A stretch of 63,739 nt of DNA, the filler included, from Choristocarpus tenellus KU-1152 (Eukaryota; Protista; Phaeophyceae), in assembly GCA_964200185.2 (NCBI GenBank). It is 8 parts of 8 records of this genome, joined end to end, with 100 filler letters (N's around TTAATTAATTAA, not from the genome) between each part and the next. Parts side by side here need not be neighbours in the genome. Positions count along the whole stretch, not along the records: positions 8,986 to 33,675 come from CAXNAD020000201.1; 7 more parts are not named here. The stretch is one strand, 5' to 3'. The translations under genes were made by a program, and so were the position numbers. Of the stretch, positions 12,700 through 25,989 are shown in pieces. The notes below the pieces were generated by a model. It had not been told where the DNA came from and ran no database searches. It saw only the letters and a list, made by a program, of their open reading frames with translations. The stretch's first letter is position 1. The number at the start of each line of letters is the position of its first letter.

Positions 12700-13110
12700 C
12701 CTGACCCTGTGTTGTCTTTGCCAAGTCGAGATCACACACTCAAGACCCCACACAACCCCTCGCCCTCCTTCTTCTAAACTTGCACAACCCTCTACCGAGT
12801 AGCCTCTTAAGGCACTCTCTACACTACTGTACGGTACAAGTTAAACCAGCCACACTCAACAAGCATCCACTTCTTCGTTCTGAACAGAAGTGTTCACCTT
12901 GGGAAGCATGGTATTGTGTAGATTCCAGTACCCAATTTTTTTAATGTAGGTTGATATCACTCCACACACAGGTTCACAAAGATAAGAAGAGGTTGAAGGT
13001 AACGAGAGGACAAATTAGCAGCAACCTGAACCATCGACTCCCAAGTACACTAAGAGAGAGAGAGAGAGAAAGAGCGGACCAAGAGGAAGCACGTGGGAGT
13101 TAGCATAGAT

Positions 13111-13996
13111 ATGGCAGAACGGGGAGACGATATGGGTGACATGGAGGAGCTGAGAGAGCAAGACAGGTTCTTGCCGATAGCGAACATTTCCAGGATCATG
13201 AAGAAGTCCCTTCCGGACAATGCCAAGATTGCTAAAGATGCTAAGGAAACCGTGCAGGTTCGTGGGAGTTATTCTCGGCTAGGGGGTTGTGATGGCCCAT
13301 TTCGATGGACTTGTCGACTATCGGGGTTTGTTCATAACCAAACGGGAGAATCACGCTATGCAGTGAACAGTGCCATTTGACGAGACCACTTTCTTCAGGA
13401 TCCTGTGCCATGCTTTTACCTCGAATTGTAGCATCCACCGTTCATTTCTATACCCAAGAGACAACCTTACACTCTAAACGGTAGCGGTTTAGAACTCCCA
13501 CAACAACTATGCACTTCGTTTTCCCTCTTTGCTGACCCCTATGAATGCGCTTGTATCCATGTCTCCGTATTATCCGGTAGCCTCCAAGACCCTTAATTCA
13601 AGTCAGTGAGTAATCGTGCCCAATATCTCCCGTCTCTCTCACAACCCCTTCCCCTCAACTCCAAACTGTTGTTAGGAGTGTGTGTCAGAGTTCATATGTT
13701 TCATCACGAGCGAGGCAAGCGACAAATGCCAGCAGGAGAAGCGTAAGACAATCAACGGAGATGATATCCTGTGGGCCATGAGTACCTTAGGCTTCGACAA
13801 GTATGTGGAACCCCTAAGGCTCTACCTTACGAAATATCGAGAGTCTGTTAAGGGGGAGAAGCCAGACCGTAAGGTGAAGAGGGACAATGTAGAGGAGGCC
13901 ATGGCCACCCCAGGTGCCTATGGGGGTGGGGGCGGAGGAGGGAGTGGAGGGGGCGCATCAGGAGGGCAAGCACAGTCTATGGGAGGTCCCTTTTAG
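13111..13996 (+). CDS. NFYB: Nuclear transcription factor Y subunit B (CCAAT-binding factor, histone fold)
   Basis: Exons 13111-13257 and 13676-13996; [18 protein letters not shown]...[43 protein letters not shown]. Confidence 0.97.
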
Positions 13997-15460
13997 GATC
14001 CTCTGGACCAACGATCCTCGGCGATTAGGATCTGCCAAGTCCTGTGTAGGTCAAGTAGAGAGTTATTGCACCATCCTTCGTTTCGTTCGAGATAGAATTT
14101 GCGTGGTAAACTATGGGAAAGGGGGAAGAGCAAAGGAAAGTTCAATGTAGTAATGAATCACTACACCCTTTTTGTTCAACGTTGAACAGTATGGACTTGA
14201 CCAAATTTGTGATTCCCTCACTTCAAGTAGTTGCTGTAGTGAAGGTTGGACCGTATTAGCAGGATCCACTGCAATACAGTACAGTGAGAGGGCTCCTCCT
14301 ACCAAATAAGCAGTGCATTTGACTACCCCAGACGAACCAGGCAGCAATAGTGACCCGTAACTTGTGCTGTATGACTCCTTTGTGTGTATGTTTTGTAGGT
14401 ATATTAAATCTCTTCATAATTAACGCTTGTAGAAAATTGGGAAGCTACAACTTCAAAATATGTGATTTGCCTGTGAGAGGTGTTTCATCTCCTATTGAAA
14501 ATGAAAGTACATTCTCTGAGGGCTCATCAATCCCTGCAGCACTGTCTTTGCATCAGATGCAATGAGCTCGACAGATTGTGTACAAAACAATAGTATCACC
14601 AATGTGCCCCAAATAATCTCCAATAGTCTGCTTTCATAACAAAGTCACACAGGAATCTATGTATCCTCCATTAATTGACACTCATACTAGATCCCATTAC
14701 TTGGTGTTTTGGTTCATTTCAAGCAATCAAATTTCCATCAGAGACAACACTTTAAACACAACTTATGGATAGGTGGAGGCAGGATGTCATTTGCTGAAGC
14801 TCCAGCCTTGTCTCAAGTGGTACTGGTTATCTGCATGTTGTCCTGCTCCATCATTACTGCAACTGTGTGCCCTTCCACCACATAGAATCACAATACATTG
14901 TTATAAAAACGACTCCGCTTCAGCTGCCTACCCATCGTCCACCAGTTGAAAAAAGCAAGGTGCTGTCCAATCAGAAACTACCAAAAAAAAAAAAGCGTCA
15001 GGTTGTCAACTTTCTGAAAAATCAGAGCTGGTCGCTGACATAATAATCCTGTGGGGTCAGTATGAGGTTATTGCTCATGTTCAAGCAAAATCTAACAGTC
15101 TCTCAGCAATTTCTTTCAGAGTCACATTAAACAACCGACTGAACTTTTCTCTTTTCGTTTTACTTGTATCCCCATACCCTACTATGGGTCAGATCAACAA
15201 TCAAGATATTTTGACAGTTGTCAACTTTCCTTATTTTTTGGAAAAAGAAAACTGGACCAAGTGGGTAGAGCACCAATAAACAGAATATTTTGTACAATGA
15301 AAACTACATACACTGAGAAAAAAAACCCAGAGCAATGGCGAAATTTAATTAAAACTTCAACAAGAAGGAAGAGGCATGATGATTGACCTAACCTAGCTCT
15401 CCTGACATCGACGCTCATGAGGTCTTGTGGTGATGATGTTTGCCCTTGGAAATACTACCT

Positions 15461-18184
15461 TCAGTGATACCACCCTGGTTTACATCCCTCCCTTCCTCTC
15501 TTTTATCTCCCTCATCACACCCTCCATTAGACTTCGTCTTAGCCCCCATGATGTACTTTTCATGCAAGTATCGCCACACAACAGTGAAGAGCATTGACTG
15601 AATACCATTGGCTAAGACCCGGGTACGCAGTCCTCTCCCCAGGAGGCCCTGAATATTTAGTAGAGGGCAGGAGGCGGTGGAGGTTGTTTAGATCACAAGA
15701 AGGCGTTATTGGACCCTACTCTTCTTTGATTCTGCTGGGGCTGTCCCGAAGGGGCTTCTGTAAGATCAGTTTCATTGAAATTCAAGAAGAGCTTAAAGGG
15801 GAACCCTCTTCAATTGTGCAGGGGCACATGATTTGCCTTGTTGCTCTTTCAGCAGGGAAAGGAACACCTAGAAACTTGAATCGCGCACAGACAAAATATC
15901 CAGTGTAACTCTATAGATGGGCATCAATTTTAGTTGGCCTGTCAGCTGTTGATGCTAACTCTGCACATACAATAATAGGATCACCTTCCACCCATCAGCT
16001 TCCAGCACAAGCGAAACAGCTTCTCGATACGAAATAACCTCACTGTAGGCTGCTCCCGCTTGCTTTGTGGTCTTGACCACACGAATAGAGTTGGAAAAAA
16101 GGTCTGATACAATAGACGCAGCAAGGCCAATGCTGGCATTACGCACAAGCTTTTCCCACAACTGAGTTTTCACCGGTAGCCACTTGCTAAGGTAGTTGAA
16201 CGTGAGAAACCACGGGAAATGTCCAACAGCCGTGGCTGCAGCGGCTGCAAAAGCTCCTTGGTAGAGGCAGCCCAAGTCACCAGCCCACACCTAAGAGGTC
16301 ATGAATTGGGAATGCAGGAGTGCAGCAGTGGGGATTTCTATTTAGGGGGGGGGATAGAATAGGGGCGTCAGGTATGCCTATGGGCATCTTGTATAGTGTA
16401 AGATGACATTTGTGGATGGGATAGAGGTATATGAATCAGAAAGACAATACTCAATGATCGATGAACTGAACAAATGGAACAAGATGAGCGAGATAGAGGT
16501 GATTGGAATCTGCTGGCTGATTCCCTGGTAGTTTTGGGTCATGATTTGCCTACTACCGCCCAACTGAGTGTTTTGAAGTGCTGCAGTAATGAGATTCAAG
16601 GCATCATGTTTACAGTCTGAGGTATGACTTCAACAAAGGCCTATGGCTGAGGAAAAGAAGTGGTGCAACAGATGCAAACATCAGCCAGTGATTACATAAT
16701 ACCCTTGGCTGGATCCAATTTTCTACCTTAACAAGACACAGCCAGCAAGCAAAATTGCAATGGACCACCCTGCCAGTTGACCACACCAAAAACGCGACCC
16801 ATCTAAGAAGGATGTAGGATACATAGACAAGTGCTTTCCTATTGGTGGGCATGGATACTACAACTAGGACAATATACTACATACCCTTTGTGAGTTACTT
16901 CTACATGTAGAAGCTTTATGGTTAACACCATTTCCTATGCACACTATCTTCCTATGCAAGCCATCTGTGTGTGTGTCTTACACAAAAAAATACCCCTAAT
17001 ACTCAGCACCTCCACCTGACCTAACCTTGTCAAATTAATCAATCTTGTCTCTATCTCTCAGTCCCTCCCAATCTTCCTGCCTACTGTGTGAGTTATCCTT
17101 GGAACGGTTTTGGGAGCATCTTTTTTCGAAAACGCATGACTTAACAAATGAAGGTGTGACAATTTTGAATGTACCTCACACCCCGTATCACTTGAAGGGC
17201 TCAAACCTTCAGCATGAGTGTGATGGCAAGGATTTCCAGCATCTGATGAACAAGAAACTAAAGCACAATAACACGCTGATACTCATACCTTTGAGGTCAG
17301 TAGAGAGAACCCATCTGGTCCCTCCACCTGCAGCACAGTCTTACAGGTATCCAAAGGGGCAAGCATCATCCTCCAAATTCCCGCCAGTAGGCTCGCAAGC
17401 CAAGTAGTAACTGCCATAGGGATATATGGCGGAAATATCTCGCCGAGGGCCAGAGCACCTTCGTTGGCGGCGGTGAGGCCAAACCTCGACAGGGGGTTCT
17501 GAAGGAGGGCGAATGACACCCCACGGTAGAACCTCCACACCCCACCCTGACTGTATAGTTCTGTCATGGCAACCCGCATGGAGGTTCCGTAGCGACACTG
17601 GTAATTTACAATCGTCCGTAGCCACATGAGGGTTATAACCTGCAAAAAGCCAGCAGCGGCGCCAGGCAGTCCTCCTCTGCCTGCCCTGTTGAGTGACTTT
17701 ACAACGATCCTACGTGCGGGAAGCCATCTGTTGCTCTTTGCAGACTCCTGCTGGCCAGCACAGGGACTCTGCCCTAAGTTTCCACCACTTGGTTCCAAAA
17801 CAGGCACTTTTCCTCTCCAGTTGTCTTCTATCCTCGGATTTATTCGAACGCTTCCCTTGTCGGGCAATTTTCTTACAGAAGCTGAAACGGAACTTGATCT
17901 GCAGCTCTGTGCAGTCTGGGAGCCAGCCACGGTGTGAGATATGACTCCCTCTCCAGATGAAAAATTGTTGTCGTTTGCCGGAGCTACAGAGCCTTGTGAA
18001 ACCACATCCCTCTCTGGCACGGTGCCCAGTTCCGCCACAACCGAGCCGATAATCCAAAATAACACGATCCCCAAGAAGCACCAGATTCTGCAATAGCGAA
18101 TTGGGGTCGAGAGGGACTTAGCATATGGTAAGGGAGACCAGTTCTATCAGTTCTTTACCGTCGATGAGCTTGTGCCCGGGGCAT
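15461..18184 (-). CDS. Mitochondrial carrier (SLC25-like) family protein with N-terminal extension
   Basis: Exons 18159-18184, 17289-18087, 15985-16290, 15461-15648; three carrier-like repeats (WLRTIVNYQ...GGVWRFYRG; PLDTCKTVLQV...LYQG; SIRVVKTTKQ...GWKGLLGRG). Confidence 0.88.
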
Positions 18185-18552
18185 TAGGTTCTCGTACATA
18201 GAGAGGAGGTTAGTGTCCTCAAATGTATTCAATGACACCCGATCGAATAGAACGAATTCCTTTACCTCGACTGTACGCTTTGCGCACTCAAGTCTACCAC
18301 TACTTCTCACCTCTGCATAGCCCGGAGGCTAGCTGTGGGTGAAATTAGCACTTGACAGAGCTGAAGATACATAACTTCTGTTCCTCCCCACAGTTGGGGT
18401 GTTACAATTTATAACAGATGGTCAAGCTATGGAAGGATGTTAGGATGTTGGATATTGAGATCCATGTTTGCGCGCGGTTTGGTTTTCGTGTGTTTCTCCT
18501 TGTAGTTCAAACAACAAAAATTGAAAAGGAGTAGGGGTTGGTGTCCTGAAAA

Positions 18553-21296
18553 ATGCTGCTTTGCCAGGAGAAGAGACACCGAAGCCTTTGGTGGATAACA
18601 TGCGTAAGAGCGCTCCTCTTTTGCCGAGATGCCGGTGCTGGTGACCCTCTTTTGCCACATGTTGAACATCCTTTTCGAAACCTTGCCTCATGGCTGCGTG
18701 AGGTGAGATACACTGGACATACGTGCAGTCAAGTGTGCAGTAAGAGCTAATTTTCTCTAGCGCCCGCCTGTTCTACAATAATCCTTGAATAACCCAAATC
18801 CCAACTCTACAAGCCGTGCATATTTCTCCAGGTATCTCCGGATCTGCGCTCAGCGGACCCTAAGGTCATTTCTCGAGGTATCACTGTCCTAAGCAACTCA
18901 CAAGGTTACGTCAAGTCATTCGATGGAATGGCACACGAACTTGGGGGGAGAATCAAGGGTGACAGGAGCACGAGCAATATCGATGTGGTGAGGAAATAGT
19001 CCTTGATGGAAGAGTATATCATGCTCTGGAAAAGAACGCGAGCACAGAGGTTTGTAGCAGGAGAAAATTCGAGTTAGGATTGGCAAGATAGTTATAGACG
19101 GTGTTCTTATGCTCTGGTGTGAAACTAGCTCTGATCAGCTTGTCAGGAACCTCACAAGTCCTACGTCTTTGCTCCAGCTCAAGCAGGATCCAGCGCTTAA
19201 TGAGAGCGCTAGCCGCAAGAAGGAGGTCGGCAATCTGGTGAGGTTACTAGTGGAGGTAGAGAATGGATTGAACTCAGCGGAGATTGCAGAAATAGCCGCC
19301 CAGGCCGACGAGGTTGTGGCCACACGCTACATGAATGACGCCCTCCTTGATCACCTACCCACCCCTCCACCTGAATCGACATACGATAAAGGTTACCTCA
19401 ATACTACCGATGGAAGTAATAGGACGACCGAAAGCTCCTCTGATGTGTTAGTAGATGTTGATAGGTCACTTGGCATTCCAAACAAGGCAGGACCAACGGA
19501 TGCTGCTCAACCAAACAACCGTAATGCCACCCTTGGAAAGGGAAGGGCAGAGGAGAGGAAAGAGCAGGATGGGGAGGGTGCATATTTTGAGGCAGATCCA
19601 ATAGAGCGATTAGTCTTGCCTGTGGCAGGATGTCAAGTTCGGTGCTGTCTGATGGTGGATCGACAAAACAGACGGCTTGTGGTAGCGGTGGGTGACAGCT
19701 TAACTGGAGCAGCATTGCTGGGGAGCCTGTATGAGTTGCCAGAGCCTATGCAGCTGGCCTCCCATGGACTCATGCGAGAGACTATGTTTGTCAATCGGCG
19801 GGTGTTTCAGGTGTACCTTAGATTGCGCTTGATGTTTTTTCATATCATGCCTAATTTTCCATCCCCTGAGCAGGAATCGAATGTTGGTGCCTTGAATTCA
19901 TAGACTAGGAGGGTGTGCAGAGCAAACTGGTAGACCATGGTTCACATGCCCTTTCTAGAATTGTGCATGTTGAGAAAAGGTGAGGGGTGGACTACGAAGA
20001 TGCACCATGGACGCATGTACTGAGTTCAAAGGAACTAGAGGTGTCCCTGAATCTACATGGCCATGTTGAAGTGGTTTTGCTTGTGATGCACCTCTCTTTC
20101 AAATCTATGATTGCCCAAGCAGTCCCTCTTTAGGTAGAAACTGCACATGTATATATACTTCAGTGACGGTGTGATGCTTCAAAGACTGGAGGCAAAACGT
20201 CACCTATCTAGATATAGTCAAAGTCACTTGATAACTCCTCCTTTGATCTTGCAAATGCCTGCAGGCTGCCTGTGACTTGCTTGAGTGGGCAGGCCCACAC
20301 ATAAAGGCGTCGATCTCTTCTGGAGCTTTCCAGGACTTCAAGGTGCATTGTGCCGGGCATTCTTTCAGTGGTGCTGTTGCAGCCATCTTTGCTGGTCTCC
20401 TTGAAGGGTCCATTGATGTGGATTTCACGGTGATAGGAAGCAGGGGTGGGGAGCAACAGTCAAGTGAGAGTGAACAGGGAGATAATACATCGGACATGGA
20501 GGAGGAGGATGACGAAAATGACACTGAGGACGGTGGGGAGTCTCCATTGGGTGGAGGAGCCGCCCCCTGGATAGGGTCAGCCCCAGGGAGGGTGACTTGT
20601 GTCACCCTTGGTTGCCCACCCTGTGTATCAAGCAACATGAGGCTGCCTTTTGTGACATCTTTTGTGCTGGGAGATGACATGATTCCTCGGACAAGTTACC
20701 AATCACTACGACGCCTCAAGAAGCGGCTAGTGCAGGTAAGACAAGGGGAAAATATTTCAAAGTGCCTAATGAGGAGAAAATTAGTGTACTTTGCTATTCC
20801 TTCTATCGTTGCCCCACTGCTAAAAGGGTTGTTATTGGGTTCATTTCTATGTTGAGATTTTCCAGGTCCTTCATCTACATACTCGAAATTGCTGCTGATG
20901 CATACCCCTTCATCATCTCACCCAACAATCAATCCTTCTCCTTCTTTCAACAAATAATATTTTCTTGTGCCTACCCAGGTCATGCCCAGGAGCAAGGGGT
21001 TACTTTCACAGGGCATGGCTTTTGGGACAAGCCTCTTCACAGATGTTGCTGGGGTGGCACTTCAAGGGGTCCGGCAGGCTACAACATCTGGCGAGGATGA
21101 TGCAGGCTTAGGGGTTCCGGGAAGAGTATGGTTTCTCAAGCCAAGGAGGCTGCATAATGGGGCTACAATGGCCCGTGTTATGAGAGGAAACTTGCGAGAG
21201 GATATGTTGTGGCAATTGCATGACATCATGCTCACCAAGAGTATGTTCGCACATCACAGTCTAGATAAGTATATTCAAATCCTGGACAGGGTATGA
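18553..21296 (+). CDS. Class 3 lipase (alpha/beta hydrolase) family protein
   Basis: Exons about 18553-18702, 18832-18987, 19129-19810, 20265-20735, 20979-21296; VHCAGHSFSGAVA, VTLGCPPCV, DDMIPR, C-terminal HHSLDKY. Confidence 0.85.
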
Positions 21297-21789
21297 TTAA
21301 TATGCACTTTTGTGAACAAGTTGCTGCTCAAGCTCCTAGAGATCATGCTATGTTCTATCTTTTCATAGTTGGAAGCATGCTGCTCTGTTTGTTGGAATAT
21401 GTGCTTCTACTACGCCTATACATCCGAGCGCTGGATTGCATCATACGATGGGGTTTGCATAGTGCGTACTGTGTGAGGAGTGTGAATGTTGGCAACACAT
21501 TATTTCCAAGTTTTCGTATCGAGTGATATGTGGTGCCATTATAAATTGGTTCACCTTGCAATGGAAATCGTTCTTCACTGATCGGTGACAGTGCATTCCC
21601 CGAAGTATATGTGCTTGGAAAGTGCTTTCAGCGCTTTCGAATTGAACATGATCTAGGAACACGGTTCTGTATGTGGGTGCTACATGCACGTATTTCTTAT
21701 TTCATTTTAAACGGTAGTACTTAATAGAAATATAGGATAGAAAAAACGGAACTATCCGTCAACTACTTATTTTTGCTGAAAGATTGAAA

Positions 21790-23030
21790 TTGTGCAAGAA
21801 AGTTCAACATCATGTCCATTTCAGTTCTCCTCATCTGCCATACTGGAGATTCAGTGTGTGCACAAGGTGAAGCAAACATCAAGGCCCTTCATTGGTGCAT
21901 TTTCTGGACCTCAAAAGGCAACGAAGTGGTACTCCAACCATATGTAATCGTGACTGTTGGTGAAACACTTGTCAGCATCAGTGAAGGGATGGACCTGTTT
22001 GCAATGTGACAAGTGTTGGGTAATTTGCACTTCTATGCTTGAGGCACTCAGGTCTTTGATGAAAGGGGGTCAACCTCTAAACCGTTTTAAATATTAAACT
22101 GAAGGGACTGTCAAAGTTTGAGGGAAATGCTAAGAAACCCTCTGTGAGGGATGGTGAAAATTCTGACAGAGTCAGCAACTCTTTGTCTTCAATTGCCCAA
22201 GCCATGTTGTTCTACAACTGGCAGAAGGTTAAGGAGTGTGAGTACACAGCGACAAAGGGGAGACTAGAACAACTGGAAAGGACAAAAGCATTCTCTTCAA
22301 GTCGAGCACCTCAATTTGTGCCTGAAATTAATGAGAAAATTCTGCAACTACACTTACATATGTCAGGAATATCTTAGGGTGGGGAGGTATGCACCCCAGG
22401 TGGTCCTGGGGCTGGGGTAGTAGAGATTGCAGGTGAAACTGGGACAGGGGTGGTGTGCTCCCCTTCTGGCGATGGGGTAATAGGAACCCAACGTGATGAG
22501 GGGCCAGGGCAGCAGACGCCCTAGATGTGCAGCTGTGTTCACCATGGAACATTATTGCGATTGCAGAATTGATTGATTTGAGGGGTGCAGCACAAAAAAT
22601 AGCAAAAGTCGAAGATTTGATTGCTAGGGAGATTTTCCCTGAGAATTACTTCAAGAATTACCAAGCCGTTGGTTGCCTCAAGGATCACACCACCTTAAAT
22701 GACATAAAACCGTTGAAGAGAAACAAGAAGGGCACAAGTCTACTCATTGCAACAACCTCCTCAACATGGCAACCATGCCAGGGGCTGGAGCAGGGGTGGC
22801 AGTCACTTCAGCATTTTCTATTCATCGAAATAATGGAAATCCTTATTCATATGCAGGCTCCCGAAGTAACATACTGACTTTCATTGACATTGTGTGAAGA
22901 TCTCATCCTGAGTCAACCATGTGAGAAGACCTTGAACTGTTTTGTGTCCATCTTGTTCATCTGAAGGACGGGTTATGGACTGTCATATGCCACCGATTCC
23001 TGTTCCAGTCTTTGACATTCTTAACTATTT
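21790..23030 (-). pseudogene. Possible decayed hAT-like transposase
   Basis: Stop-riddled frames with weak resemblance to the hAT C-terminal dimerisation region (DPL...IANRSIPS...RALMF) and an NRW motif. Confidence 0.3.
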
Positions 23031-23239
23031 GTGTAGTTAGTGCTCCTGAAGTCAATGAAAGCCATCATAGCTCATGTGAAAGATAGGATGTGTATAGAGA
23101 CACTGTTGTTTGACCATGTTCTTGTTGTTGTGTATGATATGGCCACTTTGCATATCCCCCCCCCCCTTCTGCGTCCCTGAGCATGCTCCTACAAGCCTGT
23201 AGGAAAAATACTCCAGCAATGTTACTCACAGGATGTAAC

Positions 23240-23498
23240 GAGTCGGAGTATGCTAGAGGGTAGAGCCGCGTCCGTTTGGGGGTCAAAATCCATTGTTACA
23301 ATTTTGATATAATTTTGGCTGTCGTGTTTGTTAGGAAGTGTCAACATCCTTGTTCTGGACACACCTTTTCATGATGTATGCATTTTACCTACTCCGAAAC
23401 ATTTCGGAGTAGGAAAAGGCCATAAAAAAACTCGTAGGAAGCCAAGCTCCAAACAGACACACAGGGCAAAACTCGTATCCTCTAAGATAATTTCACTC
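23240..23498. mobile_element. MITE family A, copy 3
   Basis: Same TIR and internal sequence; flanked by TAAC on both sides. Confidence 0.88.
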
Positions 23499-23778
23499 TA
23501 ACACACAGTCATGGACGTTTGTACCGAAATCACTACTCACAAAATTTTCAAACCCTAACCTCCCCATTAATTCCTCAAAAATTTAGCACACACACGATAA
23601 TCATCATAAAATCTAACCCTCTTCACATCTGCAGTGCTACTTAAGCTAAATTCGAGAACTGATCAATTGGTTTCCCCATAACCATGATCACAGAGGTGGC
23701 ACCCCCTCTCCCGAAAAACTGTAATTATTGTGCGTAACTAGCTTATTCCTTAACTCTTTATTCCTCAATTCCTCAAAT

Positions 23779-25480
23779 TTACGCTCCACCTCCAGATCCC
23801 AAGCTAATCAGCCTCCTTCCTAATCTACCCACACTATTGTGATCTACAGTCAGGTCACAGTAGTAGCTATCGTGCATACCTTCACGACCCATCCAGTCCT
23901 CACCATACTCCTGTGTGCCAAGACCATCATAGGCATGAAGTATGTTCTGCAGTATACAGCATGTTAAGAAGATGTGATCGATTTTCTCCCTTGGGTTATC
24001 ACTTGATGCCCAATATAGCATTGACAGCTTCAGGATCCTGAACCGACCTGTCAGTCTCCTGAAGTAGTACTTCACACCCTTGCGCGCACACTTTCTAGCT
24101 GGTTAATCCACTTTAGCTGGGCTTGGGTTGAGCATGCCATGAAGGGGCACATCAGGCTTCTCCGCTGCACACATGATAGCAAACGAGGCACCATATAGCA
24201 ATTTCAATACTATGCAGTACCAACTAAACATCGGCACACAAGATGTGCTGGGCTGGGTTGGAATGTGGAGAGATGTGGACGGCAAAAGGTAAGGGGCCCA
24301 TTCTTGATGAAAAGGAGAGGTGTTCCAGTCGTAAACCAACATATGACAAAGTCAGATGATTTTTTTTCAGACATCAGTACATCAGTACTTCCTACTACGC
24401 ACCTTGTGATACCCACCGTCAATGATGAGGTAGGCACCTTTCTCGGCGAACTGCCTTCCTTGTGAATCCACCAAACATTCACTGCTCCAATGTTAAACTC
24501 TCATCATATTTAACTCTGTCACAAAATCGATCTAAGAGATTGATTGTCTTGTCGTTCTTGGCTCCTGCTAACCCTTCTGTCACTGCCATAGCACTCCCAC
24601 TGTGCTCCACAGTAACCTGGGATGCAACGCTCGGGAAAACCTCCTTACCTCTGCAATATGTGGCATGCGTATTGGGTGCATTGTGTGGGTCACATCAGTG
24701 GATTCTACAGCACCTGGAAACCTTAACTTGGCGAAGGTGTCTGCAACCGTCTTCAGGTCATAATCGACGGGGGCGAAGATCCAGGTGTTACACATTTTTT
24801 TCGCATTTTTTTTACAGAATACGTGGAATAATTCTTGAGCTGTGCTCTCCACAACGGCAGAGGAAATCTGCACATCGTCCAAACAGCTCCCTCTGCCAAG
24901 GATCTGCAGGACCGCCAGAACCTAGGTGAGCATATAGAAAATCAAGCTACCAAACCATTCCCTTTTCAAAAGGGTGTACGTGTTTAAAGATTGGGAAAGG
25001 GACTATTATGTTGACTGCAGTACGCAACAGTTTCCATAGCTCAATTGCCTTCAAATATACCTTATAGGGAAAAGATCCCTGATCAATTACCCCAGCCATG
25101 TCCAACATAGCCTCCCCAATCCCCATATGGCTCATCAATGAATCAGAACCTGTCACGAAGTAGGTGTGTGCATGAGACTACACTTGCTTCAAAGGCTCCA
25201 TCGTTTCCACAACCGCCACCTTTTCTTGGGGGATCTTCTCTTTCAATAATTTGTCTACTACCTTGACCACCATGTTTATGTGGTCTATGGGGGCCCGCAC
25301 AAGGATTGATCCTGCCCTCCCACGTGCTCTCCTTGGAACAAACAACGATAATTTCAAATTGTGTATACGTGAGTTCAGCTGTCAACTCTTCTTGGACTGG
25401 AATCCTCTTTTGCGAGAAAGAGAACGCCGCCAACACCCCTCCTCTCAATAAATAAGTCTTCTGTACTCAGCGGACATCCA
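23779..25480 (-). pseudogene. PIF/Harbinger (DDE_Tnp_4/HARBI1-like) transposase pseudogene
   Basis: VLQILGRGSCLDD...FHVFC...FPGAVESTDVTH, then LTGRFRILKL...IDHIFLTCCILQNILHAYDG; frameshifts and stops. Confidence 0.82.
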
Positions 25481-25989
25481 CAGTCATCCCTCTCCTTTCG
25501 AGTATACCTTTTTCCAGGGATCAAGTGTCGTCGAAGTTAAAGGAACAGCGGTCTGACTCTGTCCCTCACTACCTCCTGGACCCTTGAAAACACCCGGTCA
25601 AAATGAGCTGACTCTGCCCGCTTGGCCCGACCTGATTTTGTTTCCCTTCAACGATGTTACGTACATGCTTGAAGCGTCAGATGAGCTCCTCGACATATTC
25701 TTGAAGTTCTGTGCAGATACGATATGAACTACAGTAATATGTAACCGAAAGCATTCAGGATCATGTTTCGAATCTTAGCGAGATATTTATAGAGAATCAA
25801 TTGTGAGTTTTGATGCCCACATGTTCGAGACGTTCTATTTTTATATCTTGATGGAGCATTCTAGAAGTGTTGTAAGTGTTCAGTTTTAGTGATTCCTTAT
25901 GGAAGCAACAGGTACTAAACCAAGCCCCACCATCTGCAATAATATAACTCTTCTCTTTTCAACCATCTCATCGCGTTCAGCAAGGGGGA

